From: Nonlabens ponticola
Lineage (GTDB): Bacteria > Bacteroidota > Bacteroidia > Flavobacteriales > Flavobacteriaceae
NCBI RefSeq assembly: GCF_003966335.1
Contig: NZ_CP034549.1
Coordinates: 1,080,001-1,112,000 of the forward strand
Length of the DNA: 32,000 bases
Direction of reading: 5' to 3'
Shown here: piece after piece, positions 9,296-18,693 of the stretch
Layout: every line of letters begins with the position of its first letter
Position numbering within the stretch: position 1 is the stretch's first letter
Program-made: the position numbers and the translations under genes
Notes under the pieces: model-generated
Told to the model about the DNA's origin: nothing
The model's input: only the letters and a program-made list of their open reading frames with translations
Database searches by the model: none

Positions 9296-11445
9296 TAATT
9301 TTTAAGCGACATGCCTGTAGTTTCTATGCCGTTGCCCTTTAGTTCTTTGAGAACCTGTACGGCTTCTTCTATATAAAGATCCTTTTGTACTGCTTTGTAC
9401 CATCTATTGCGCTTATCAGCAAGTACGGTATCTGCTTCCATCAGTATGCCTTCATCAACCAGCGCCTTGACTCTCAGGTCATTCTTATAGTTGTCTAGTT
9501 CATCAAACTGTTCGGTTTCTGCCTCTAGGCGATCCAATCGCTTGCTATATTTTTCTAGCGATAGCGGTATAATGGACGCCTCACGCTGCTCGCTCAACCA
9601 TTGTGCATTTTTATCAATCAGCTGGAAATAATTATTGGCATCGACACGCTTTTGTGAATTGGCTATGACTTGTCTTAAGTTAGGGAAGCCTGTAAATTTC
9701 TCAAATGAAGCATCTGCTATCTCATCATAAGGTAGCGGGAATTCCTCATCACGCTCTCCTATTTCTATGTAAGAATAACGATCTGGAGTTACCACGTCAC
9801 TCTTGACACCTTCTAGCTGTGTGCTTTTGCCGTTAATACGATAAAATTTTTGTGTAGTCAATTTGATAGCGCCCAGGTCGCCATATTCTGTTGTGCGTAC
9901 ATATCGATTGAGATCGTCAAAGTTTTGAACCGTTCCTTTTCCAAATGTTTGCTTGCTACCTATCACGACTGCACGCTCATAATCTTGTAACGCAGCAGCC
10001 AAAATCTCTGAAGCACTAGCGCTTAATTCATTAACCAACACCACTAATGGTCCATCCCAAAGGATTTTACCATCATCAAAATCACTTAACGTTTGTACGC
10101 GATCATTGCTCGCTGCAACTTGTACTACTGGTCCATCTTCTATAAAAAGTCCAACCATTTCAACCACCTCGCGTAAAGAACCACCACCATTGTTTCTTAA
10201 GTCAAGAACTAATCCTGTAACGCCTTCTTTCTTCAATTTTTCAATCTCTAGAGCTACATCATCACCTGAGGCGCGACCTTGTTCATTTTCAGTATCAAAG
10301 TAAAATTTAGGTAGGTCTATGATTCCATAAGTAAAGTCATCTGCATCTTCAATGATGGCAGATTTTGCAAAGGTTTCTTCAATCAATACAACGTCACGCA
10401 CTAGCGTGATTTCTTCAATCGAGCCATCTACTTTTTTAAGCGTCAGGATAACTTTAGTTCCTTTAGGACCTTTAATCAGTTCAACGGCATCACCTATTCT
10501 CATACCAACGATGCTCGTAGCGATAGAATCATTTTCTTGAGCTACTCTCAAGATTTCATCACCTTTCTCAATCATGCCGCTTTTCCACGCTGGACCACCA
10601 GAGATGATTTCCATAACGGCGATATTATCCATCTTTTTTTGCAATCTCGCGCCTATTCCTTCTAGTTGACCACTGATCGATGTGTCAAATCGATCCTTGC
10701 TGCGCGGTGCAAAGTAATTTGTATGTGGATCAAAGTGCGTGGTAATATTATTTAAGAACACAGAGAAGTAGTCAATACGTTCTACATCTTCAGTCAAATC
10801 AAAATTCTCTACCATGGATTTTTTTACTTCCATGCGAGCTTCTTTTTCCAGTTCTTCTAGAGACTTTTGCTCGTCCGCTGGTTTATCTTTTTGCGACTCA
10901 ATCTTGTCATGATAAATACCAATAGCCGATAACTTCAATAACTTTTTCCAGTGCTGCTTTAAAGCCTTTTTATCAGTCGCATATGGTGCGTTCTCATAAT
11001 CAGTATCAATTTCTTCATCAATTGTAAAATCAAATGGTTGATCGATTACTTCATAAAAAATCTTTTCAGACTCTTTTTGACGCTTTAATAATCTCTTGTG
11101 AACGATGTTGAATAAATCAACACGGCTGTCTCTTATCTGGTCATCGATCAGGAATTCAAAGGTTTTGAAGTCTTCATAATCGCTTTGTAAAAAATAGCGT
11201 TTAGCAGGATCCATCTCAAAAATGAAGTTGTTAAACACATCCTGTGAGAACTGGTCGGTCAAATCTGCAGGTGCAAAATGACTGCGTTTGAGCACATGAG
11301 ATACCAGATTGATCAATAATTCTTCCTTTTGCTTGTCGCCTGGATCCACTGTATTGTTGGTAAAACTACAGCTGGCAGTAGCAATAAGTAAGGCTACAAT
11401 ACCAATGGCAAAATTATTCTTAAGGAATTTCATAAACATCTTCAT
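9295..11445 (-). CDS. S41-family carboxy-terminal processing (tail-specific) protease, probable lipoprotein
   Basis: The ORF track gives 9295-11460 with a TTG start. I prefer the ATG at 11445, which gives MKMFMKFLKNNFAIGIVALLIATASC (a lipobox-like signal). It has a PDZ-like region, the catalytic Ser context LSASASEI and Lys context FGKGTVQ. Confidence 0.9.
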   Translation of the reverse strand: MKMFMKFLKNNFAIGIVALLIATASCSFTNNTVDPGDKQKEELLINLVSHVLKRSHFAPADLTDQFSQDVFNNFIFEMDPAKRYFLQSDYEDFKTFEFLIDDQIRDSRVDLFNIVHKRLLKRQKESEKIFYEVIDQPFDFTIDEEIDTDYENAPYATDKKALKQHWKKLLKLSAIGIYHDKIESQKDKPADEQKSLEELEKEARMEVKKSMVENFDLTEDVERIDYFSVFLNNITTHFDPHTNYFAPRSKDRFDTSISGQLEGIGARLQKKMDNIAVMEIISGGPAWKSGMIEKGDEILRVAQENDSIATSIVGMRIGDAVELIKGPKGTKVILTLKKVDGSIEEITLVRDVVLIEETFAKSAIIEDADDFTYGIIDLPKFYFDTENEQGRASGDDVALEIEKLKKEGVTGLVLDLRNNGGGSLREVVEMVGLFIEDGPVVQVAASNDRVQTLSDFDDGKILWDGPLVVLVNELSASASEILAAALQDYERAVVIGSKQTFGKGTVQNFDDLNRYVRTTEYGDLGAIKLTTQKFYRINGKSTQLEGVKSDVVTPDRYSYIEIGERDEEFPLPYDEIADASFEKFTGFPNLRQVIANSQKRVDANNYFQLIDKNAQWLSEQREASIIPLSLEKYSKRLDRLEAETEQFDELDNYKNDLRVKALVDEGILMEADTVLADKRNRWYKAVQKDLYIEEAVQVLKELKGNGIETTGMSLKN

Positions 11446-11557
11446 TAGTGTAAGAGGCAAGGTGTAAAAATCGTGCCAACATTATCTAGCGGCAAAGTAA
11501 AGGACATACCTACAGTTCACAGCTAATTTACTTAATTTTAACCACCTTAAGAATGAT

Positions 11558-12340
11558 ATGACAGACAAAAAAAAGCCGCTCATCCTTGTAACCAATGATG
11601 ATGGTATTACCGCCAAAGGAATAAGAACACTAGTAGATATCGCATCAAGTTTAGGTGAGGTCGTGGTTGTGGCACCTGACAAGCCGCAAAGCGCTATGGG
11701 TCATGCCATTACCATCAATGATACCTTGTACATCAAGGAATTCAAGATGCATGATTACGATCACAAAGAATACACTACCAGCGGTACGCCTGTTGATTGC
11801 GTCAAGATGGCTAGTCACGAGATACTGGACCGCAAACCAGACCTATGCATCAGTGGTATCAATCATGGTAGCAATAGCGCGATTAATGTCATTTACAGCG
11901 GTACCATGAGTGCGGCTATGGAAGCAGGAATAGAAGGTATTCCAGCCATAGGTTTTTCCCTATGCGACTATGCCGTAGATGCGGACTTTGAACCAGCCAG
12001 ACCCTACATTAAGAATATCATTCAACAGGTTTTAAAACACGGCATGGCTAAAGGTGTTGTCTTTAATGTCAATATTCCAAAAGCCACTAATGAAGAAATC
12101 AAAGGCATCAAAGTGTGCCGACAGGCAAATGCCTATTGGGTAGAGGAATTTGATAAGCGCACAAATCCCTATGGTAAGGATTACTATTGGCTTACCGGTA
12201 AATTTGTCAACGATGATCACGGCGAGGACACCGATGAATGGGCGTTAGAGAATAATTATATTTCGCTAGTTCCTGTGCAGTACGATTTAACGGCGCACCA
12301 TTATTTGCAAGAACTCAATACCTGGGAATTTGAAGATTAG
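11558..12340 (+). CDS. surE: 5'/3'-nucleotidase SurE
   Basis: 260-aa ORF with SurE motifs (ILVTNDDGI, SGINHGSN, YSGTMSAA). Confidence 0.95.
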   Translation: MTDKKKPLILVTNDDGITAKGIRTLVDIASSLGEVVVVAPDKPQSAMGHAITINDTLYIKEFKMHDYDHKEYTTSGTPVDCVKMASHEILDRKPDLCISGINHGSNSAINVIYSGTMSAAMEAGIEGIPAIGFSLCDYAVDADFEPARPYIKNIIQQVLKHGMAKGVVFNVNIPKATNEEIKGIKVCRQANAYWVEEFDKRTNPYGKDYYWLTGKFVNDDHGEDTDEWALENNYISLVPVQYDLTAHHYLQELNTWEFED

Positions 12341-12629
12341 AATATTAAAGGGATTTTTACTAGGTATGCTCGCAAACGCTGCAGGCATCTTCCTGTATAT
12401 CTATTTTTTTACCAATCAGGCGTTTGAATACGTGATAGAAAATGCTATTGAGATGGGAATCATGGGTAGCTTGATTGGTTTGGGAGCCATCCTCAATTTG
12501 ATCCTGTTTTTCTTTTTCCTGTGGTCTGGTTTTGGCAGGTATCGCAAGCCTGTACAAACTTATGAAGCACGTGGCGTTCTCATGGCTACCATCATTGCGG
12601 CATTTGCCATTTTATATTTTGAATTTTAG
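12330..12629 (+). CDS. Small integral membrane protein, function unknown
   Basis: The 99-aa ORF in the track starts at a TTG. An ATG at 12366 would give 87 aa. It has three hydrophobic segments and fills the surE-lpxB gap exactly, in the same orientation. Confidence 0.5.
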   Translation: MKIRILKGFLLGMLANAAGIFLYIYFFTNQAFEYVIENAIEMGIMGSLIGLGAILNLILFFFFLWSGFGRYRKPVQTYEARGVLMATIIAAFAILYFEF

Positions 12630-12632
12630 CCT

Positions 12633-13745
12633 ATGAAATATTACATCATTGCAGGTGAGGCCAGCGGCGATTTGCACGGCTCACTATTGATGCAGCAATT
12701 GCAGGAGGTTGATAGCGAGGCACAATTTAGATTTTGGGGTGGTGATTTGATGCAGGCACAAGGCGGCACGCTCGTTAAACACTACAAGGATCTCGCGTTT
12801 ATGGGATTTGTTGAGGTGTTGGGCAACCTGCGCACCATTTTCAAGAACATCAAGTTGTGTAAGCAGGATATAGAGTCTTACAGTCCAGATGTGATCATCT
12901 ATATTGATTATCCAGGCTTTAATTTCAGGATTATGAAATGGGCCAGGAGCAATGGCTACAAAAACCACTATTACATATCACCACAAATATGGGCATGGAA
13001 AGAAGGTCGCATCAAGGCCATCAAGCGCGATGTGGACGAGATGTATGTCATCTTGCCTTTTGAGAAAGATTTCTATGAACAAAAACATCAGTTTCCTGTT
13101 CATTTTGTAGGTCATCCATTGATTGATGCCATCCAGCAGCGCGATCAGGTAGATCATGTGAAGTTCTTGAAGAAACACAAGCTGGATGATCGACCGCTTA
13201 TCGCACTATTGCCGGGCAGTCGCAAACAGGAAATCAAGAGCATGCTCAAGGTCATGCTATCACTAGCTACAGATTATCCAGATTATCAATTTGTGATCGC
13301 TGGCGCACCAGGCCAAGATCTCGAGTTTTATGATCAGTTTACACAATCTAGCGACGTGCAAGTCGTTATGAATGAGACCTATGATTTACTGTCTTTGGCT
13401 CATGCCGCGCTGGTAACATCAGGAACGGCGACGCTAGAAACTGCACTATTTAAAGTACCACAAGTAGTATGCTACAAGGGTAGCACCATATCGTATCACA
13501 TCGCAAAACGCATCATAAAACTGGATTATATATCGCTGGTCAACCTAATTATGGATGCACCAGTGGTCACAGAATTAATCCAAAAAGACTTCAATAAAAA
13601 ATCCCTTTCCAAAGAGTTGGACTTGATACTTGATGCCACGCATCGCAATAAGATTTTTGCGGAATATTATGACCTTGAGAAAAAGTTGGGTGGCGCTGGT
13701 GCCAGCGAGCAAACAGCTGGTTTAATATATAAATCCCTAATGTAG
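12633..13745 (+). CDS. lpxB: Lipid-A-disaccharide synthase
   Basis: 370-aa ORF with the LpxB N-terminus (YIIAGEASGDLHG) and later TSGTATLE. Confidence 0.93.
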   Translation: MKYYIIAGEASGDLHGSLLMQQLQEVDSEAQFRFWGGDLMQAQGGTLVKHYKDLAFMGFVEVLGNLRTIFKNIKLCKQDIESYSPDVIIYIDYPGFNFRIMKWARSNGYKNHYYISPQIWAWKEGRIKAIKRDVDEMYVILPFEKDFYEQKHQFPVHFVGHPLIDAIQQRDQVDHVKFLKKHKLDDRPLIALLPGSRKQEIKSMLKVMLSLATDYPDYQFVIAGAPGQDLEFYDQFTQSSDVQVVMNETYDLLSLAHAALVTSGTATLETALFKVPQVVCYKGSTISYHIAKRIIKLDYISLVNLIMDAPVVTELIQKDFNKKSLSKELDLILDATHRNKIFAEYYDLEKKLGGAGASEQTAGLIYKSLM

Positions 13746-13746
13746 G

Positions 13747-14388
13747 ATGGAGATTTTTGGGATTACGCTTTCGCGAAAGCAAAATAATTATAAATCACTT
13801 TACATCGCAGGAGCATTGAGTTTGTCAATCATGTTTCTTGCAAGTTGCGGTAGTGCACGTCCTAAAGTTATCACGACCAAAAAGGAGGCGCTGCGCAAGG
13901 GAAAAGTCCAAAATAGATCTACATCGACTGCCAGTCGAGGCCAAGACAATTATGAAATATACCAGCCCGAAGATGATGAATTGTTGACGGTCGAGAGTAA
14001 TTCCTTAATTGACGATGCGATTGAAAATGCTATGAAATATGACGGCGTGCGATATAAATATGGCGGTTCTACTAGAAAGGGCATGGATTGTAGCGGCTTG
14101 ATTCATATTGCGTTTGATGAGGCTGGCGAGCAAGTGCCCAGAACGAGTGCCAGTTTTTATGCCGCAAGTGAGGCGATTGATATCGATGAGGTGCGCAAGG
14201 GTGATTTGATGTTTTTTGCCACGGGTCGCAACCGTAAAAAAATCAATCACGTGGCGCTAGTCGTGCAAGTCACGCCTGCCGAAATACGTTTTGTACACGC
14301 CACCGTTTCTCGCGGTGTCACGGTTTCTTCTTTTAATGAGCCGTACTGGTTGGGCAGATATATCAGTTCAGGAAGACTTATTCCTTAA
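13747..14388 (+). CDS. NlpC/P60 (C40) family peptidoglycan peptidase lipoprotein
   Basis: 213-aa ORF with a lipobox (FLASCGS), catalytic Cys context GMDCSGLI and His context INHVALV. Confidence 0.85.
   Translation: MEIFGITLSRKQNNYKSLYIAGALSLSIMFLASCGSARPKVITTKKEALRKGKVQNRSTSTASRGQDNYEIYQPEDDELLTVESNSLIDDAIENAMKYDGVRYKYGGSTRKGMDCSGLIHIAFDEAGEQVPRTSASFYAASEAIDIDEVRKGDLMFFATGRNRKKINHVALVVQVTPAEIRFVHATVSRGVTVSSFNEPYWLGRYISSGRLIP
13767..13780. repeat. Iterated palindrome GCTTTCGCGAAAGC, copy 4 (codons 7-12 of the NlpC/P60 gene, read as LSRK)
   Basis: Exact 14-mer. The left flank is TTAC, the mirror image of GTAA. Confidence 0.95.
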
Positions 14389-14396
14389 ATTAGGCC

Positions 14397-16478
14397 ATGC
14401 GTTGGCTTGATTATCCGCTTTATAGATTGCTGGGATTCTTTGTATTGGGAATAATCTCGGCGCGTTTTCTTGAGTTTGATTTACTACAGTTAGGTGCTGT
14501 TTCAATAGTATTGTTTATCGCTTTTTTAACCAGCTTCTTCATTTTTAGGTTCAGCGTGGTATCCAAGTGGATTTTCACTTTAAGTAGCAGCCTGCTATTT
14601 ACTGTAATAGGATTTTGTCTATATCAGATTCAAACTGAGGTTTTTCCCGAGAATCACCTTTCACAATTAGAGCAAACAAGCGCTGAGCAACTCATAGACT
14701 TCACGCTCACGCAACAACTAGCTACTAATCAATACAATCATAGATTCTATGCCAAATTACATTCTGTCGGCGGCACTCAGGTGTCTGGAAGCATTTTAGT
14801 TCTTTTCAAAAAGACAGATTCCGTTGCAGTAAAAGTAGGGTCAAGACTTATAGCTTTTGATGATATAAATGCCGCCAGCGATGGTCGCAATCCAGGAGAT
14901 TTTAATTATAAGGAATATTTGAAATCTATCGACGTTTACGGACAGGTTTATGTAGATCTTCCCAAGATCTTGTCAGTAAGTTCTAAAACGGACTTACCAT
15001 GGTATGTGCAGTTGAGGAACACACTTCTAGAAAAACTAGAATCCTCAGAACTCAAGGCTCAACCACGAGCGATGATTGAGGCGTTGATTTTAGGGCAACG
15101 TCAAAATGTTGATCCGGCAGTAAGTCGCAGTTTTAGAGATGCTGGAGTAATTCACATACTTGCACTTAGCGGTTTACATGTTGGAATTATTTTATTGATA
15201 TTAAGGTTTGCCACTAGATGGATGCACCGATTGCCTTATGGTAGATGGTTGCAGGCTGCGTTGTTAATTGTATTGTTATGGTGTTTTGCGTTCTTGACAG
15301 GAATGTCGCCATCTATAACCAGAGCGGTCACCATGTTTTCTTTTGTAGCATTGGGACTGGCATTCAAGAAAAAGCCATCGGTATTTCATAGTTTGACGGC
15401 ATCGGCATTGTTTCTACTTGTTCTTGATCCTCGATTATTATTTCAAGTGGGTTTCCAACTTAGTTATACAGCTGTTCTGGGTATCGTGTTGTTACAGCCA
15501 TTATTCTTGTCCTTATTTCCTAAGAAAAGAAATTTCTTATACAGACTATTGATCAATACATTTTGCGTGACGCTGGCAGCGCAGCTGGCAGTAGCGCCAC
15601 TTAGTGCATTCTATTTTCATCAATTGCCCGTATCTTTTATCATAGGGAATATGCTCTTGCTACCTGTATTACCTATCATCATTGGGTTATCCATATTGTT
15701 TTTTGTAACGCTGTTGAGCAATATACCAACCTCAGAATTTGCTGTGATTCTCAATTACATTTTTGAAACAATTATCGAGGTCATAAGTGTTATAGGGAGT
15801 TGGACCTCATTAATCATTAAAGACATCTATCTTGACAGTTGGCAGGTGGTACTTATCTATATCGCAATGTTGGGATTAGCTCTTTTTATCAAGCCTCATG
15901 TTGCTCGCAGTAAAAAGGAACAATTTATTCTCGTAAAGCCGAATAATATGTTGCATGTGTCACTAGTTGCCTTGATTCTATTAATAGGTGTTTCATTATA
16001 TGATTCCATGAAAGATGAAGAATATTTCATGGTATTACATCAGTCACGAGCAAGTGCCATAACAATAGCAAATAAAGACCAGGCGCAGCTTTATTGTGCT
16101 GCTGGAAATATGGAATCGCAACGACGCGCAAACAGTATCAAACGATTGTCAAATGTTAGTTTTCTGCAGGGAAAGCATATCGTGATTGACTCACTACCCA
16201 ATCTAGTATCCTATGGCGACCGCAGTATCTTGATAATTGATGAGTCGTCTGTTTTGGGAGCTCTGGATCAAGTACCAGAAGATGCCATCCTATTATTGCA
16301 AGGATCACCTAAGATCAATCTAGAAGAACTGATCATGAAAGTACAGCCGCAAATCATTATCTCTGATGGGTCAAATTATCCCAGCGATGTAAAGCGATGG
16401 ACAGCCACTTGTGAGAAAATGAACGTCAAATTCTTTAATACGTATAATGACGGTGCAATTGATTTACTTAAACTCTAA
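14397..16478 (+). CDS. comEC: ComEC/Rec2-family DNA internalisation channel protein (short, degenerate C-terminal domain)
   Basis: 693-aa polytopic ORF. The competence-domain core is recognisable (RDAGVIHILALSGLHVGI, TGMSPSITRA, QLSYTAVLGI). The C-terminal 155 aa lack an HxHxDH motif. Confidence 0.85.
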   Translation: MRWLDYPLYRLLGFFVLGIISARFLEFDLLQLGAVSIVLFIAFLTSFFIFRFSVVSKWIFTLSSSLLFTVIGFCLYQIQTEVFPENHLSQLEQTSAEQLIDFTLTQQLATNQYNHRFYAKLHSVGGTQVSGSILVLFKKTDSVAVKVGSRLIAFDDINAASDGRNPGDFNYKEYLKSIDVYGQVYVDLPKILSVSSKTDLPWYVQLRNTLLEKLESSELKAQPRAMIEALILGQRQNVDPAVSRSFRDAGVIHILALSGLHVGIILLILRFATRWMHRLPYGRWLQAALLIVLLWCFAFLTGMSPSITRAVTMFSFVALGLAFKKKPSVFHSLTASALFLLVLDPRLLFQVGFQLSYTAVLGIVLLQPLFLSLFPKKRNFLYRLLINTFCVTLAAQLAVAPLSAFYFHQLPVSFIIGNMLLLPVLPIIIGLSILFFVTLLSNIPTSEFAVILNYIFETIIEVISVIGSWTSLIIKDIYLDSWQVVLIYIAMLGLALFIKPHVARSKKEQFILVKPNNMLHVSLVALILLIGVSLYDSMKDEEYFMVLHQSRASAITIANKDQAQLYCAAGNMESQRRANSIKRLSNVSFLQGKHIVIDSLPNLVSYGDRSILIIDESSVLGALDQVPEDAILLLQGSPKINLEELIMKVQPQIIISDGSNYPSDVKRWTATCEKMNVKFFNTYNDGAIDLLKL

Positions 16479-17002
16479 TCTTGGAGCTGGTAATTGAAGT
16501 TGGCTTGATAATCTGCCCAGTCCTTTCCTGTTCTTATGGATTTGTAGGTGTCGTCTGCCAGCATGGTGACATAGATTTCCAATTTTTTAGGACCCATCTT
16601 GCCTGGTACTGGATTGATCACATTGCCGCGCTCATCGAAGAAAATGAGCGTTGGATATTCAAAGATTCTTAGTTTTTCTGCGAGCTCGTGTTGGGCACCA
16701 CGATAGCGGCCATAGTTTTTATTGCCGTACTTTTTTCCCTTATAGGTAATGGGTTCCTTTCCTTCTGCATCAAAGGCCACTGGATAGTAGTGTGTGTTGA
16801 TGTAGTTGGCGAGTTCCGCTTTCGCGAAAGCGTGCTCATCCATCCACTTACAATTAGGACAAGACTCTGTGTAGGTCTTAAAAAGAATCTTGCGCGGCTC
16901 TTTTTTCTGCGCCGCGAGCGCGTCATTCATGCTCATCCAGTTGACCTGTGCATGAGCGGTGACAGCGATAAAAAAAAATAAGAAAGCTCCTAAAATCTTC
17001 AT
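16475..17002 (-). CDS. Secreted thioredoxin-fold protein (CPNC active-site-like motif)
   Basis: 175-aa ORF with a signal peptide (MKILGAFLFFFIAVTAHAQ), a CxxC motif (ESCPNCKWMD) and YPTLIFF typical of the thioredoxin fold. Confidence 0.75.
   Translation of the reverse strand: MKILGAFLFFFIAVTAHAQVNWMSMNDALAAQKKEPRKILFKTYTESCPNCKWMDEHAFAKAELANYINTHYYPVAFDAEGKEPITYKGKKYGNKNYGRYRGAQHELAEKLRIFEYPTLIFFDERGNVINPVPGKMGPKKLEIYVTMLADDTYKSIRTGKDWADYQANFNYQLQD
16818..16831. repeat. Iterated palindrome GCTTTCGCGAAAGC, copy 5 (inside the thioredoxin-like gene, read as AFAK on the minus strand; 16-bp palindrome 16817-16832)
   Basis: Exact 14-mer. Confidence 0.95.
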
Positions 17003-17030
17003 GTTGCAAATTTACAATCGCTTAAGAACA

Positions 17031-17054
17031 AAAAACGCACCAAAATGGTGCGTT
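17031..17054 (-). terminator. Rho-independent terminator downstream of the POT transporter gene
   Basis: 7-bp stem AACGCAC (17035-17041) / GTGCGTT (17048-17054). On the minus strand it is followed by a T-run (complement of the A-run 17031-17036). It lies 25 nt after the stop at 17079. Confidence 0.6.
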
Positions 17055-17078
17055 CTCTGATACTTATATTGATTGGGA

Positions 17079-18674
17079 CTATCGTATGCCGTGCATCTTG
17101 CTGATCATCCATTTATTGATGCCTAGCATTACCAGACCGGCTGCAACTGGAATCGCCGTAAATATTCCGAAGAAGACTGCAAGACCATACTCCTCAACAA
17201 TAGGATCAAGATAACTAGCCGTCACACCTGCCGTGAGATTTGCAATAAAGTTAGCTACAAACCAAATACCGAACATAAGTCCTACTAGTTTGACTGGAGC
17301 CAATTTACTTACATACGATAAACCAACTGGTGAGACACAAAGCTCGCCGAGTGTATGTAATAGATAAGCTACTACCAGGAATATCATACTCAAGGACGCA
17401 GTTTTTGCACCTAAAGGAACATCCATCGATCCATAAGCCAGGAAGCCAAAACCTAAACCTAATAAAATCAAACCAATGGCAAATTTGACTGGGCCAGATG
17501 GATTGTATTTGCTTTCCCAAATTTTAGAAAATAGAGGTGCAAAGGCTATTATGAAGAAAGAATTTAAAATCCCAAACCATGATGCAGGAACTTCAGGTGC
17601 TGGATCGCTAAATTGTTGCTTAAGCATGTAAATAACGATAATCCATATAATTACGAAACTCGTTGCCAGCAGAATATTAGCCAATGCATATTTTTCAAAT
17701 GTCTGTTTAAAGAGCATTGCCAAAACATAAGTGATAATTAACATAGGACCAACGGTCAAAATAGTATTAACAACTTTAAATATCGTGGCGCCATCACCTT
17801 CTAGTATTCTATCAGTATAATCATTTGCAAATATGGTCATAGAACTTCCTGCCTGCTCGAACGCCCACCAGAAGAAGATTGTAAAAAATGCAAACACACT
17901 AATAACTATTAGTCTGTCACGTGTAACCTTAGATTTCTTTGCCTCGTCAACGACATCTTCTACAATCTCAGAGGTTTTCTCAATTTCATCTTCAACGGCA
18001 TCATCAAAATCTTCTGTTGAGTTAGGTGAAAGACCTATTCTACCAAATATCTTCTGTGCGTAATAAAATTGAAGCATTCCAAAGAACATGAAAATACCTG
18101 CTAGTCCAAAGCCATAATGCCAACCCCAATCTGGTGATTCACCTATGTAACCACATAATAAAATTCCTAAAAAAGCTCCTGCATTGATACCCATATAAAA
18201 TATAGTATATCCGGCGTCTTTTTCCTTTCCTTGTGATTTATAAAGCTGACCTACAATGGATGAAATATTAGGCTTGAACAAGCCATTACCCACAATAAGT
18301 AATGTGAGCCCTATAAAGAAGAAGTTGCTTGTAAAACCTTCCAGTGCCATACTAGCATGGCCTAATGTCATAAGTAAGGCACCTATGACAATGGCATTTC
18401 TATAACCAGTGTATTTATCTGCAATGAAACCGCCTATTATTGGAGTTAAGTAAACGAGACCAGTGTACCAGCCATAGAGTAACGTTGCATCTGCACGATC
18501 CCAACCCCAACCACCATCAACTACAGCCGAGATTAAAAACAGAACGAGTAGTGCACGCATTCCATAGTAAGAAAAACGTTCCCACATTTCTGTAAAGAAC
18601 AACACAAACAATCCAGATGGATGGCCTAAAACTGTTTTTTGATTTGTTATCGATCCGCCGAATCTATATTCCAT
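17079..18674 (-). CDS. POT/PTR2-family proton-dependent di/tripeptide transporter
   Basis: 531-aa polytopic ORF with PTR2 signatures (GGFIADKYTGYRNAI, FYMGINAGAF) and an ERFSYYGMR-type N-terminus. Confidence 0.92.
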   Translation of the reverse strand: MEYRFGGSITNQKTVLGHPSGLFVLFFTEMWERFSYYGMRALLVLFLISAVVDGGWGWDRADATLLYGWYTGLVYLTPIIGGFIADKYTGYRNAIVIGALLMTLGHASMALEGFTSNFFFIGLTLLIVGNGLFKPNISSIVGQLYKSQGKEKDAGYTIFYMGINAGAFLGILLCGYIGESPDWGWHYGFGLAGIFMFFGMLQFYYAQKIFGRIGLSPNSTEDFDDAVEDEIEKTSEIVEDVVDEAKKSKVTRDRLIVISVFAFFTIFFWWAFEQAGSSMTIFANDYTDRILEGDGATIFKVVNTILTVGPMLIITYVLAMLFKQTFEKYALANILLATSFVIIWIIVIYMLKQQFSDPAPEVPASWFGILNSFFIIAFAPLFSKIWESKYNPSGPVKFAIGLILLGLGFGFLAYGSMDVPLGAKTASLSMIFLVVAYLLHTLGELCVSPVGLSYVSKLAPVKLVGLMFGIWFVANFIANLTAGVTASYLDPIVEEYGLAVFFGIFTAIPVAAGLVMLGINKWMISKMHGIR

Positions 18675-18693
18675 AATTGTTGATTGAGAATTG

